A stretch of DNA of 64,000 bases, from contig NC_086097.1 of NCBI RefSeq assembly GCF_963921235.1, forward strand, positions 18,230,001-18,294,000, read 5' to 3'. The notes under the pieces are model-generated. The model searched no databases, was not told the DNA's origin, and saw only the letters and a program-made list of their open reading frames with translations. Position 1 is the first letter of the stretch, and each line of letters starts with the position of its first letter. This DNA comes from Mobula hypostoma. Lineage: Eukaryota. This document shows positions 34,607 through 46,800 of the stretch, one piece after another. Both the position numbers and the translations under genes were made by a program.

Positions 34607-36550
34607 GAGCATGGAGGACAAAGGGCTTAATTAGGAAGGGGAAAAAAGATTATGAGAGAAAACTGGCAGGGAACATAAAAACGGACTGTAAAAGCTTTTA
34701 TAGATATGTAAAAAGGAAAAGACTGGTAAAGACAAATGTAGGTCCCCTGCAGACAAAAACAGGTGAATTGATTATGGGGAGCAAGGACATGGCAGACCAA
34801 TTGAATAATTACTTTTGTTCTGTCTTCACTAAGGAGGACATAAATAATCTTCCAGAAATAGTAAGGGACAGAGGGTCCAGTGAGATGGAGGAACTGAGCA
34901 AAATACATGTTAGTAGGGAAGTGGTGTTAGGTAAGTTGAAGGGATTGAAGGCAGATAAATCCCCAGGGCCAGATGGTCTGCATCCCGGAGTGCTTAAGGA
35001 AGTGGCCCAAGAAATAGTGGATGCATTAGTGATAATTTTTCAAAACTCGTTAGATTCTGGACTAGTTCCTGAGGATTGGAGGGTGGCTAATATAACCCCA
35101 CTTTTTAAAAAAGGAGGGAGAGAGAAACTGGGGAATTATAGACCGGTTAGCCTAACATCGGTGGTGGGGAAACTGCTGGAGTCAGTTATCAAGGATGTGC
35201 TAACAGCACATTTGGAAAGCGGTGAAATGATCGGACAAAGTCAGCATGGATTTGTGAAAGGAAAATCATGTCTGACGAATCTCATAGAATTTTTTGAGGA
35301 TGTAACTAGTAGAGTGGATAGGGGAGAACCAGTGGATGTGGTATATTTGGATTTTCAAAAGGCTTTTGACAAGGTCCCACACAGGAGATTAGTGTGCAAA
35401 CTTAAAGCACACGGTATTGGGGGTAAGGTATTGGTGTGGGTGGAGAATTGGTTAGCAGACAGGAAGCAAAGAGTGGGAATAAACGGGACCTTTTCAGAAT
35501 GGCAGGCGGTGACTAGTGGGGTACCGCAAGGCTCAGTGCTGGGACCCCAGTTGTTTACAATATATATTAATGACTCGGATGAGGGAATTTAATGCAGCAT
35601 CTCCAAGTTTGCGGATGACACGAAGCTGGGTGGCAGTGTTAGCAGTGAGGAGGATGCTAAGAGGATGCAGGGTGACTTGGATAAGTTGGGTGAGTGGGCA
35701 AATTCATGGCAGATGCAATTTAATGTGGATAAACGTGAAGTTATCCACTTTGGTGGCAAAAATAGGAAAACAGATTATTATCTGAATGGTGGCCGATTAG
35801 GAAAAGGGGAGGCGCAATGAGACCTGGGTGTCATTATACACCAGTCATTGAAAGTGGGCATGCAGGTACAGCAGGCGGTGAAAAAGGCGAATGGTATGCT
35901 GGCATTTATAGCGAGAGGATTCGAGTACAGGAGCAGGGAGGTACTACTGCAGTTGTACAAGGCCTTGGTGAGACCACACCTGGAGTATTGTGTGCAGTTT
36001 TGGTCCCCTAATCTGAGGAAAGACATCTTTGCCATAGAGAGAGTACAAAGAAGGTTCACCAGATTGATTCCTGGGATGGCAGGACTTTCATATGAAGAAA
36101 GACTGGATGAACTGGGCTTGTACTCGTTGGAATTTAGAAGATTGAGGGGGGATCTGATTGAAACGTATAAGATCCTAAAGGGATTGGACAGGCTAGATGC
36201 AGGAAGATTGTTCCCGATGTTGGGGAAGTCCAGAACGAGGGGCCACAGTTTGAGGATAGAGGGGAAGCCTTTTAGGACCGAGATTAGGAAAAACTTCTTC
36301 ACACAGAGAGTGGTGAATCTGTGGAATTCTCTGCCACAGGAAACTGTTGAGGCCAGTTCATTGGTTATATTTAACAGGGAGTTAGATATGGCCCTTGTGG
36401 CTACGGGGGTCAGGGGGTATGGAGGGAAGGCTGGGGCGGGGTTCTGAGTTGGATGATCAGGCATGATCATCTAAATGGCGGTGCAGGCTCGAAGGGCCGA
36501 ATGGCCTACTCCTGCACCTATTTTCTATGTTTCTATGTTTCTATGTTTCT
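34607..36550 (+). mobile_element. Young 5'-truncated CR1 LINE (second subfamily) inserted in the Gypsy LTR
   Basis: ORFs 34603-35592 and 35848-36447 share one frame, broken by stops at ~35590 and ~35818. FADD present. (TTTCTATG)n tail. Confidence 0.96.
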
Positions 36551-36941
36551 ATCACATGACCTCACACTGGCAGGAAAATTACATCACCCCACCATCACAA
36601 GACCATTACATCATGCTCACAAGATATTCAATTACATCATGGTCATAAGACAGTCACAAGATACCCACGAGGCATATAACACCCCCCTCCCAAAAAAAAT
36701 GTTGGTCTTTTATGAGCAATATTTTAACAACTAACTATTTACAAAAAAAGTACAAATGTATAAAATTTACAACATACACAATATACACAGTATTATCATA
36801 CAGAACCTTGCAAACTACATACAGTAGGAGTATTACAAATGTTAAAATCCCACTTCATCAAAAAAAAATTTCATTGTACATTCAACATTATGTGAAGCTA
36901 CTGTAGTTCTTTTAGGAACATCTGGAAATAAATCCCTATAT

Positions 36942-37850
36942 TTAAAATTTAACTGCTTCATCCGCTCTTGCTTGCTCTGGCTGTAAATGAGCTAATTTTT
37001 CATCAATATTTTCCAGAATGGTTGAGTTTGATAACCTGGCAGAAATAATGTTGAGTTTAAAATGAGTTTCAGATGAGTCATCCATTAAGTTTCTAGTGGG
37101 ATCAGACTCATTATTATTGACCACAACAGTCATAGCAGGAGACTGTTTCTCATAATATGGTTTTATCATATTTATAGGACAAAGCTGTGTTGGCTTTCTT
37201 CGATCTGGTGTTTTTATCACATAATCCACATCATTAACTTTAGATTTAATTTCACATGGACCATGAAATTTAGCTTGTAAAGGGTTCGTTTGCACCGGGA
37301 AAAGAACCAAAACCTTATCTCCAGGCTTAAATGACCTCATTCTAGCTTCCTTATCATACCAAGTTTTCATTTTCTCTGGAGCCAATTTTAAATTTTCCTC
37401 AGCTACAAGCTTTATGCAATCTTCCCTTAAATTTCAAAACATAATTCAGCAAATTAGTATGTACTTCTTTATTAATCCATTGTTCTTTTAACAAGGCCAA
37501 AGGTCCTCTAACTCTATGCCCAAACAAGTTCAAAAGGACTAAATCCTAGATATTCCTGCACTGACTCCCGTACTGCAAATAAAAGTAAATGAACTCCCTC
37601 ATCCCAATCCTTTTTATTTTCCACACAATATGCCCTAATCATGGTTTTGAGGGGAGAATGGAACCTCTCTAAGGCTCCTTGTGATCCTGGATGGTATGCA
37701 ATGAGGTAATCTGCTTTGCTCCCAGTTTATAAACTATCTGTTGGAATAATCCAGACATAAAATTACTACCTTGATCCTTAGGCAATCCAAAACAAGTAAG
37801 TAAAGAATTTTATGAGAGCCTTTGTCACAGTTTTGGCTTTTACATTCCCA
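36942..37850 (-). pseudogene. Gypsy integrase core and GPY/F domain, degenerate
   Basis: YHPGSQGALERFH, DWDEGVHLLLFAVRE, FSPFEL, FKPGDKVLV..QAKFHGP. Confidence 0.85.
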
Positions 37851-37890
37851 ACTGACACTCACCCTCTACTATCCAAACTCCACCCACAGC

Positions 37891-38690
37891 CATGAGGACA
37901 AATTTGGAGTACTGTGTGCAGTTCTGTTTGCCTACCTACAGGAAAAATATTAAGACGATTGCAAGAGTACAGAGACAATCTACAAGGATGTTTCTGGATT
38001 ACAATGACCTGAGTTATAGTGAAAGGTTGAATAGATTAGCACTTCATTCTCTGGAGCACAGAACAAGATGGATTTGATAGAGGTATACAAAATTGAGAGG
38101 GATATAGATAGGGTTTAACGCAAGCAGACTTTTTTCACTGAGTTTGGGTGGGACTGCAACTAGAGATCATGGGTTAAGGGTGAAAGGCGAACATTTAAGA
38201 GGAACATGAGGGGGATCATGGGGAGCACAGCAGCATAGTGGTTAGCACAGTTCCCGCCACTGCCTGTAAGGAGTTTGTATGTTCTGCCCGTGACTGCATG
38301 GGTTTCCTCTCGGTGCTCTGGCTTCCTCCCATAGTCCAGAGTCATGCGGGTTGGGTTGGTAGGTTAAATAAACACTGTAAATTATCCCGTGTTTAGACTA
38401 GGATTGCACTGGGGGATTGCTGGGTGGCATGTCTCCAAGGGCTGGAAAGGCTTACTCTGCTGTGGATCTCAGTAAAATAAAATCTCTTCATCCAGATGAT
38501 GGTGCGAGTCGGTATTGAGCTGCCAGTAGAGATGGTGGATAGGGGTTCAACTGCAACACTTGAGAAGAGTTTGGATAAGTACATTGATGAGAGGGACATC
38601 AAGAGCTGTGGTCTAGTTGCAGGCCGATGGGACAAGACAGAATAACAGTTTTCATGGACTAGATGGGCCAAAGGACAAGCTTCCAACTGA
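37891..38690 (+). mobile_element. CR1 3' fragment split by a V-SINE
   Basis: RTNLEYCVQF. Resumes at 38481 after the SINE. Confidence 0.8.
38220..38480 (+). mobile_element. V-domain SINE (tail type A)
   Basis: A box tagtggttagc, V-domain gggtttcctctcggtgctctggcttcctcccatagtccag, taaaataaa end. Confidence 0.85.
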
Positions 38691-39559
38691 TATTTCATCC
38701 ATCACTTACCAGATTATACTCCTTCTCCCCCTACCTTCTAATTCTAGCTTTCTTTTATAAAGCTCACATTTGAAACAAATGAAGCATCATGCTTATTTTA
38801 AGCAGCTCAGTAATGAAAAACCTCTATTTACAATTTAAAAGACTATAATTACTTCAGCCACAGAAGAGTCTGCAATCAGTTATTCATTCTCTGTCAAAGT
38901 GTGATTATCGTAATGATATGAGAACTTCAATACACTCGTAACAATTACGAGTGGCTGTAGGAGAGATTGTTTTCTCAAATGCGTTGGTGGTAAGTGCAAT
39001 TTATCAAAATCAGAATCATCTACAGATGTTGAAATATGAAAAAAAATCAGAAAATGCTGAAAATACTCAGTAGGGCAGGCAATGTCTGTGGAGAAAGAAA
39101 TGTTTCAGGTTAATCATCTTTCATCTAAAGTGAAAACCATTAAAGATGATAAAGTAGCCCCTCATACTGGCTGCATCACCATCTGGTATGCGGGGGGGGG
39201 GGGTGGGTGTCTACAGCAGAGGATCAAAATTAGCAAGTAGCATAAAGTCAACAAGTATCACAATATATACCGGTGATATTAAACCTGATTTTGATTCTGA
39301 GATAAACCAAGTTGTAAACAAAGTGAGAAGGGAAGGAGAGAAGATAAGAGTAAAAGGAAGGAGAAAGCTGAGTGACAAAAGGGAAGCTGGCACAAAGTGA
39401 AAGAGCTGATCAATGATAACAAATATCTGGAGACAGTGTGGATGTAGAATGCATTGAGATGTGGTCTGGGGAAGAAACAAACCATTTGCTGGAAGAACAT
39501 CATCTGGTCGAGCAGCATCTGTAGGTGACCCTGAGCAAGTTTGCCAATAACAGTTGATG

Positions 39560-39797
39560 GTAGCGTAGTATTTAGCATGACACAGTTATAGCACCAGTGA
39601 CCCAGGCTCAATTCCACCATTGTTTGTAAGGAGTTTGTACTTTCTTCCCGTGACCGCAGGGGTTTCCGCCAGGTACTCTGGTTTCCATCTGCATTCCAAA
39701 GTAGGATTATTGGTCAAATGTCTGTAATCGGACAGTGTGAGCTCATTGGTCCAGAACTGCCTGTTACTGTGCTGTATCTCTAAATAAAATAAAATAA
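39560..39797 (+). mobile_element. V-domain SINE (tail type A variant)
   Basis: tRNA-like head, V-domain, tgtatctctaaataaaataaaa end. Confidence 0.8.
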
Positions 39798-40665
39798 CAT
39801 GTTGATCTAATTATGTTTGACTTGTTAGCAGTTGCACTGTTAAATTTGCGTAACACCACGTGGATAATCGATGGACCAGTGAAGTTAGCTTAGAAAAGAA
39901 TTGGTATTTAACTAATACATCAGATACTGGTAAGTTCTGGTTCAGGATTATAAGAATTAACTCTGAAAGGTTCTGTGAACTTCTAGGAACATTGAAGTAG
40001 TAGACAGATAAATCTGGTAGCCATGCCAGTCTTGACCAATATGGCAATGGTAGCACACGTCAGTTAATACTTCAGGGTATGGTTCAACTTTATTGCAGCT
40101 GCAGCTTCCTTTGAACTGATTGCAAGTAAGTCATCCAGATGTTTGCCATTGAATCCTGAGGGTCATTGCTTTGGAAGACCCAGAGAGTGGTAATAACATT
40201 CAAAACCTGATAATATTTTAGTAAGTTAAATCAAACATCCCTAGATTTTCTCTTCAGATTCACAGTTTGAGGAGGCAATTCACAGCAAACTGGAATTGAA
40301 GGACTATGCCAGGAAGCAAGACTGTGTAGATTCAGCATGTCATTGAAAACTTTCACAAACTTCCATAAACACAAGAGATTTTCCAGATTCTGGAAATCTT
40401 GAGTAAGACATAGAAACATAAAAAACCTATGGCACAATACAGGTCCTTCGGCCCACAAAGTTGTGCCGAACATGTCCTTACTTTAGAAATTACCTAGGGT
40501 TACCCATAGCCCTATAAAACATAAAGATGTATAAACTCCTGGGGAAACTCAGTAGATCAGGGAGCGTCTTTAGAAAGGAATAAACAGTCAACATTTTTTG
40601 CTGATGATGGATTGATGAAGGGTCTTGGCCTGAAATGTCGACTGTTTATTCAGTTCTGTAGATAC

Positions 40666-41030
40666 ACAGTGGAGAGTATCCTAACTGGTTGCATCATGTC
40701 CTGGTATGGAAACACCAACACCCAGGAATGGAAAAGTCTACAAAAATATCATCAGGCTCCTGAACATGTGTGAATAGCTACTCAGAACTGATTCCACAAC
40801 CGATAGACTCACTTTTAAGGACTCTGCAGCTCATGTTCTCAGTGTTATTTGTTTGCACAATTTGTCTTCTTTTGCACATTGGCTGTTTTTCTGTCTTTGT
40901 TTACATATAGTTTTTCTTTGTCCTGCAATTTCTTTATTCTCCTCTAAATGCCTGCAAGAAAATGAATCTCAAGTTAGTATGTGGTGACATCTATGTGCTT
41001 TGGTAATAAAATTGTTTTGAATTTGACTTC
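40666..41030 (+). mobile_element. Rex1/Babar 3' fragment with internal deletion
   Basis: VESILTGCI.SWYGN and IRLLN remnants plus the Rex-type tail. Confidence 0.7.
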
Positions 41031-41389
41031 CTCAGTTCCTCTCCTTCCTTCCATGAACATTAAAAATGGCTGCTATCATGTGAGAACTTGCCTGAAAAGT
41101 GGCAGAAATATGCGCGGTCAATAACAGCGGAAAGAATTCCAGATGCAGAGCGGCTCAGTAGCTGCAGGAAGGGGATGGGAAATGACTGGATCCTGTTCTT
41201 GCATTCCTGAGGTTCTTCGGAAGTCAAAAAATGAGGCATAAAATTTTGTTTTATTAGGCATTACAAGAGTAAAAAATGAACAAAGAAGAGCCAAAAGAGC
41301 ACAGAGGTTATGGTCATCTTCCATGAATACTGGTTCTGACTAAAAATAACAGCAATACAGTGATATGAATTAGACTATAAAATAGCTAC

Positions 41390-41525
41390 AAACAACAGGA
41401 ATTTTGCAGATGCTGGAAATTCAAGCAACACACATAAAAGTTGCTGGTGAACGCAGCAGGCCAGGCAGCATCTCTAGGAAGAAGTGCAGTCGACGTTTCA
41501 GGCCGAGACCCTTCGTCAGGACTGC
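41390..41525 (-). mobile_element. Short young Penelope-like 3' end, essentially hammerhead plus tail
   Basis: Near-identical to the 3' part of 28998-29370. Confidence 0.85.
41486..41525 (-). ncRNA. Minimal type I hammerhead ribozyme motif, intact core with 6-bp stem I
   Basis: GCAGUC CUGACGA A GGGU-CUCG-GCCU GAAA C GUC GACUGC. Confidence 0.78.
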
Positions 41526-41909
41526 TGTGGTGTGACCCTTGCTAGAAAAAAACTAAGAGTTTTCCAGAAAAATACAGCAACAGCTGTACCACAATCACTG
41601 AGAATTTCGCCGAACAATTACACACATATCGGTGATCATATAAAAATCCAAGCAAGCGTAAGGAAGTTAAACTACAAGAAAAAATACAAGGGAACACAAC
41701 AATTCTAAAACTTAACTAACTTAAGATATGAAGAAAGGAGCGCAGTTGAACTGACTTTGTGAGGTCATTAAACCTTTACTTCCACTGTAGCCCTATCCAA
41801 GTGGCAATATTTCTGAAACCCAAGGGGCTTTCCTATCTCCAATCACACTGGCCAGCATGCCTGGGTACTTTCTAGCCACCAAATGCACAGAACCTACCTT
41901 ACTTCTTAC

Positions 41910-42955
41910 CAAGCATAGGTACTCAACAAAGCAGTCTCCAAACCTATGTCAGGTCTCACCTCTATACAGGAGGCCACACCGGCTGCACCGGATACAGACT
42001 CACAGGTGAAGTGTTGCCTTACCTGGAAGGACTGTTTGGGGCCCTGAACGGTGGTGAGGGTGGAGGTGTAGGAGTAGGTATGGTACTTGTTCCACTTACA
42101 TGGATAAGTACCAGGTGGGAGATCAATGGGGAGGGATGAATGGACAAGGGAGTCACGTCAGCAGCAATCCCTGCAGAAAGCAGAACCGGGTGGGAGGGAA
42201 TGATATACTTGGCGGTGGGATCCCACCGGAGAGACATGTCACCTGTGAGTCTGTTGGAGTGACCTACTGTGTTCGGTGCTGCCTGTGTAATCTCCTGTAT
42301 ATCGGCGAGATGCACCGTAGAATGGCAGACTGCTTCATTAGCTACCTATGCTCCGCCCACCAGCAAAAGCATAATTTCCCAATGGCCACCCACTTCAATT
42401 CTACTTTCCATTCCCATTCCGATATGCCTTCTCTACTGCTGTGATGAGGCCACCCTCAGGTTGGAGGAGCAATACCTTATGTTCTGTCTGGAGAGACTCC
42501 AACCTGACGGCATGAACATCGATTTCTCAAACTTCCAGTAATGGACCCTCTCCCACCTTCCTTCACCGTTCCCTGTTTCTTCACTTCATCTCCTTACTTG
42601 CCAAACACTTCTATCTGGTTCTCCTCTTCCTTCCCTTTCACCTATGGTCTACTACCCTCTCCTATCAGATTCCCCCTTCACTCGCTCCTTATCTCCTTCA
42701 CCTATCCGCCTCCCAGATCTTTACTTCACCCCTCTCTCTCTCCCAGTTTCTTCTATCACCTACCACCTTGTACTTCTTCCACCTCTCCCCCACCCTCTTG
42801 CTCTAACCTCATCTTTTCTTCCAGTCCTGATGAAGGGTCTTGGCCCATAATGTTGACTGCACTCTTTTCCATAGATGCTACCTGGCTTTCTGAGTTCCTT
42901 CAGCATTGCGTGTGTGTTGCTCGTTGGATTAGCAGCATCTGCAGATTTTATCATA
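41910..42955. mobile_element. Penelope-like element GIY-YIG endonuclease region: two divergently oriented pieces (41910-42227 minus, 42228-42955 plus)
   Basis: TCESVGVTYCVRC..C.LLYIGE..RR...HFNS, RLEEQYLMF.L..LQPDGMNIDFSNF*. Degenerate hammerhead at 42822-42859. Confidence 0.88.
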
Positions 42956-43496
42956 TTCAAACTAAGGTAATGTCTCAGCGCAATTACTGAGGGCTGTTGC
43001 TTCCACAAAATATTTTCTTTTGGCTGAAATGGTTGTGACAAAAATGAGATCCTGGCATGTTTTTCAACATTTCCTGGACAACGTTCATCCCACACATGAT
43101 TTTGATTTATTGTGAGTGCCAGTAAGAAATTGATTCTCAGCGTAGTATATTGTGATGTATGTGCATAATTTGATAATAAATTTACTTTTACCTTTGATGT
43201 AATGAAAATGTGATGTATAAGTAATGCATGTGTTCAGGTAATTTTATGATAATTACCCCCTAGACATGCAAACGATATGGCAGTACTTTGGTTAACGTAT
43301 GAGAGTAACATCCTGGAAGAGTGTTAAAGGCAAATGGATTGAAATGACAAAACTCAGGTTAAGTTGCATCTGGAATATTGCTTTCAATTCTGGTCACCCA
43401 ATTGTAGGAAAGATGTGGAAGTTCTGGAGCGCATGCACAAGGTTTACCAGGGTGCTTCATGGATTAGAGGGCAGTTGAAGCAGTTGAACAAACCCG

Positions 43497-43682
43497 AGCA
43501 ACGCACACAAGATTCTGGAACAGCTCAGCAACTCAGGCAGCATCTATGGAGGAACAGTAGTCCTCAATGAAGGGTTTCATCCTGAAACATCGACTGTTAA
43601 TTCATTTCCATATACGTAAATGCATGAATTGCTGAGCTCTTCCAGCATTTTGTGTGCGTTACTCGAGATTTCCAGCATCTTT
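43497..43682. mobile_element. Palindromic Penelope-derived element inside an old CR1 fragment
   Basis: gcaacgcacacaa...ctcagca / tgctgag...ttgtgtgcgttac arms. Flanks ttgaacaaac / ttggacaaac. Confidence 0.7.
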
Positions 43683-43820
43683 TGTTTTGGACAAACTTGG
43701 ATTGTTTATTTCTGGAGTGACAGAGTCTTAGCAGAGATCTTAGAAAGGATTCTTTTGTTTGTTAGGAGAGATCTGATAGTTTTATTTAATTTTTTATACA
43801 ATTATAAGAGGAACAGTTAG

Positions 43821-46800
43821 ATTATTGGCTGAGGGATTAGAGCAGGGGGCAGGGATTCAGATTTCTGGATCATTGGGACCTCTTTTGGGGCAGGCGTGAC
43901 CTGTACAAAAAGGACAGGTTGCACTTGAATCCTAGGGGGACCAATATCCTGGCAAGGAGATTTGTTAAGGCTACTGGGGAGAGTTTAAACTAGAATTGCT
44001 GTGGGGTGGGAACAGAACTGAAGAGACGGAGAAAGGGGCGGTTGGCTCACAAATCGAGAAAACTTGTAGAGAATGTGAGAGGGAGGATAGGTCGATGATA
44101 GAAAAGGGATACACTCAGACTGATGGTTTGAGATGTGTCTCTTTTAATGCAGGAAACATCACGAACAAAGCGGATGTGCTTAGAGCGTGGATCAGTACTT
44201 GGAGCTATGATGTTGTGGCCATTAAAGAGACTTGGATGGCTCAAGGACAGAAATGGTTACTTAGAGTGCCGGGCTTTAGATGTTTCAGAAAGGACAGTGA
44301 GAAAGGCAAAAGAGGTGGGGACGTGGCACTGTTGATTAGAGATAATGTCACAGCTGCAGAAAAGGAGGAAGTCATGGAGGGATTGTCTACGGAGTCTCTG
44401 TGGGTGGACATTAGGAACAGCAAGGGGTCAATAACTCTACTAGGTGGTTTTTATAGACCCCCAATAGTAACAGGAACATCGAGGAGCAGAAAGGGAGACA
44501 GATTCTGGCAAGGTGTAATAAAAACAGGGTCGTTGTGGTGGGAGATTTTAATTTCCCAATTATTGATTAGCATCTTCCTGTCATGGGGGGGGGGGTGCAT
44601 TTGGAGTGGACCCAAATGCAAGACACAGACACTGAAGTACTAGGAACAGGACTAGGTGAATCAAGCAAGCAAGGGAAATGGAGAAGAAACGACGTTGGAC
44701 AAGACACAGGCCCTGGACGAGGCCAGGATACAGGGCCTGGGCTAGGACTAGACTAGGGAAGTGGGACCTGGATGAGGAACTAGGAACTTGGAACCTGGAC
44801 AAGGTCTCCAAGCCAGGACTGAACAGGGGTCCGGAACCTAGGTCTTGACTCGGGTTCGGACCCCGGATCTAGACGAGGACAAGACATGGCTACAGGACGA
44901 GGAGTGGCAACAGGACTGGACGTGAGACTCCTGGACAGGACAAGGAAACCCCAGCACCGGGCTGGGCGAGGTACTCCTGGGCTGGGTGAGGCACATGGAC
45001 AGGACGAGAACACGAAGCCTTGACTTGGTTGAAGGAGACAGAAATGCAGAGCCTTGGGCTTGAAGGAGACAGGAACGCAGAGCCTTGGTCGTAAGAGAAC
45101 AGGAATGCAAAGCCTTGGTCATGAGAGAACAGGAACGCAGAGCTTTGGTTGTGAGAGAACAGGAACATGGAACACAGAGCCGGGACCCCTCCTTGGGAAC
45201 AGGACTTGTGGCCGGGGCTCTACACAGTGTCAGGACCCCCTCCTAGGGAGTAGGACGTAGGACCGAGACCCATAAACAGAACACTGAGAGACAGATCTCC
45301 ACTCAAGGTAGCGGCAAATGGCCGGACCTACCCAGCGGAAGCAAGGGCACAAAGAGACATTTCTTGACACAAGGCAGTGGCAAACAGCTGGACCTATCTA
45401 GTGAAGGCGCAGACACAAAGAGACAGTTCCAAACAACGAAAGACAGTTCCTTATCTATACACTGCAAGGCCCCGATCTTGCCCTGGCGGTTGAACCTGAC
45501 AACGTTACAGGCGAGGATACAAGTGAAAGTAGCAGGCGAGGCTTCAGAAGGTGTGTTCAGGAAGGTTCCCAGAGCCTATATGTAGATAAGCCTGCAAGAG
45601 GAGAGGCTGTACTTGATCTGGTATTGGGGAATGAACCTGGTCAGGTGTCAGGTCTCTCAGTGGGAGAACATTTTGGAGATAGTGATCATAATTCTATTTC
45701 CTTTACCATAGCATCGGAGAGAGATAGGAACAGACAAGTTAGGAAAGTGTTTAATTGGAGTAAGGGGAAATATGAAGGTATCAGGCAGGAACTTGGATGT
45801 GTAAATTGGGAACAGATGTTCACAGGGAAATGTACAGCAGAAATGTGGCAAATGCTCAGGGGATATTTGCGTGATTTTCTGCATAGGTACGTTCCAATGA
45901 AAGGATGATAGGGTACAGGAACTGTGGTGTACGAAGGCTGTTGAAAATCTAGCCAAGAAAAAAAGAAAAGCTTACCAAAGGTTCAAAAAATTAGGTAATG
46001 ATAGAGATCTAGAAAATTATAAGGCTAGCAGGAAGAGCTTAAGAATGAAATCAGGAGAGCCAGAAGGGGCCATGCAAAGGCCTTGGCGAGGAGGATTAAG
46101 GAAACCCCAAGGCATTCTACAAGTATGTGAAGAGCATGAGGATAAGACATGAGAAAATAGGAACAATCAAGTGTGACAGTGGGAAAGTGTGTCTGGAATG
46201 GGAGGAGATAGAAGAGGTACTTAATGAATACTTTGCTTCAGTATTCACTGCGGAAAAGGATCTTGGCGATTGTAGGGATGACTTACAGTGGACTGAAAAG
46301 CTTGAGCATATAGACATTAAGAAAAAGGATGTGCTGGAGCTTTTGGAAAGCATCAAGTTGGATAAGTCACAGGGACCAGACGAGATACAACCCAGGCTAC
46401 TGTGGTAGGTAAAGGAGGAGATTGCAGAGCCTCTGGCAATGATCTTTGCATCATCGATGGGGACAGGAGAGGTTCCAGAGGATTGGAGGGTTGTAAATGT
46501 TATTCCCTTATTCAAAAAAGGAAGTATAGACCAGTGAGTCTTTTCTCAGTGGTTGGTAAGTTGACGGAAAAGATCCTAAGAGCAGGATTTATGAACATTT
46601 GGAGAGGCATAATATGATTAAGAATAGTCAGCTTGGCTTTGTCAAAGGCAGGTTGTGCCTTACGAGTCTACTGAATTTTTTGAGGATGTGATTAAACACA
46701 TTGGTGAAGGTAGAAGGTAGAGCAGTAAATGTAGTGTATATGGACTTCAGCAAGGTACTTCATAAAGTACCTCATGCAAGGCTTACTGAGAAAGTAAGGA

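Larger units (their letters stand above)
33896..37860 (-). mobile_element. 5'-truncated Gypsy/Ty3 LTR retrotransposon: integrase remnant, polypurine tract and 3' LTR (33896-36681, split by CR1)
   Basis: Minus strand: polypurine tract gggagggggg (36682-36691), then LTR TGTTA...TGACA, TATA (tatataaa ~34591-34598), AATAAA (~33959-33964). Integrase upstream. Confidence 0.85.

Noticed and set aside
35778..36470. 230-aa minus-strand ORF and similar antisense ORFs over CR1 copies
   Set aside because: Shadow frames of CR1 ORF2, with no independent protein motifs.
41080..41340. Possible exon (several short open frames)
   Set aside because: No recognisable protein, and only a non-canonical GC donor candidate.
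45036..45165. CRISPR-like ~30-bp repeats
   Set aside because: Degenerate head-to-tail units without unique spacers, no cas genes, and a vertebrate LTR context.
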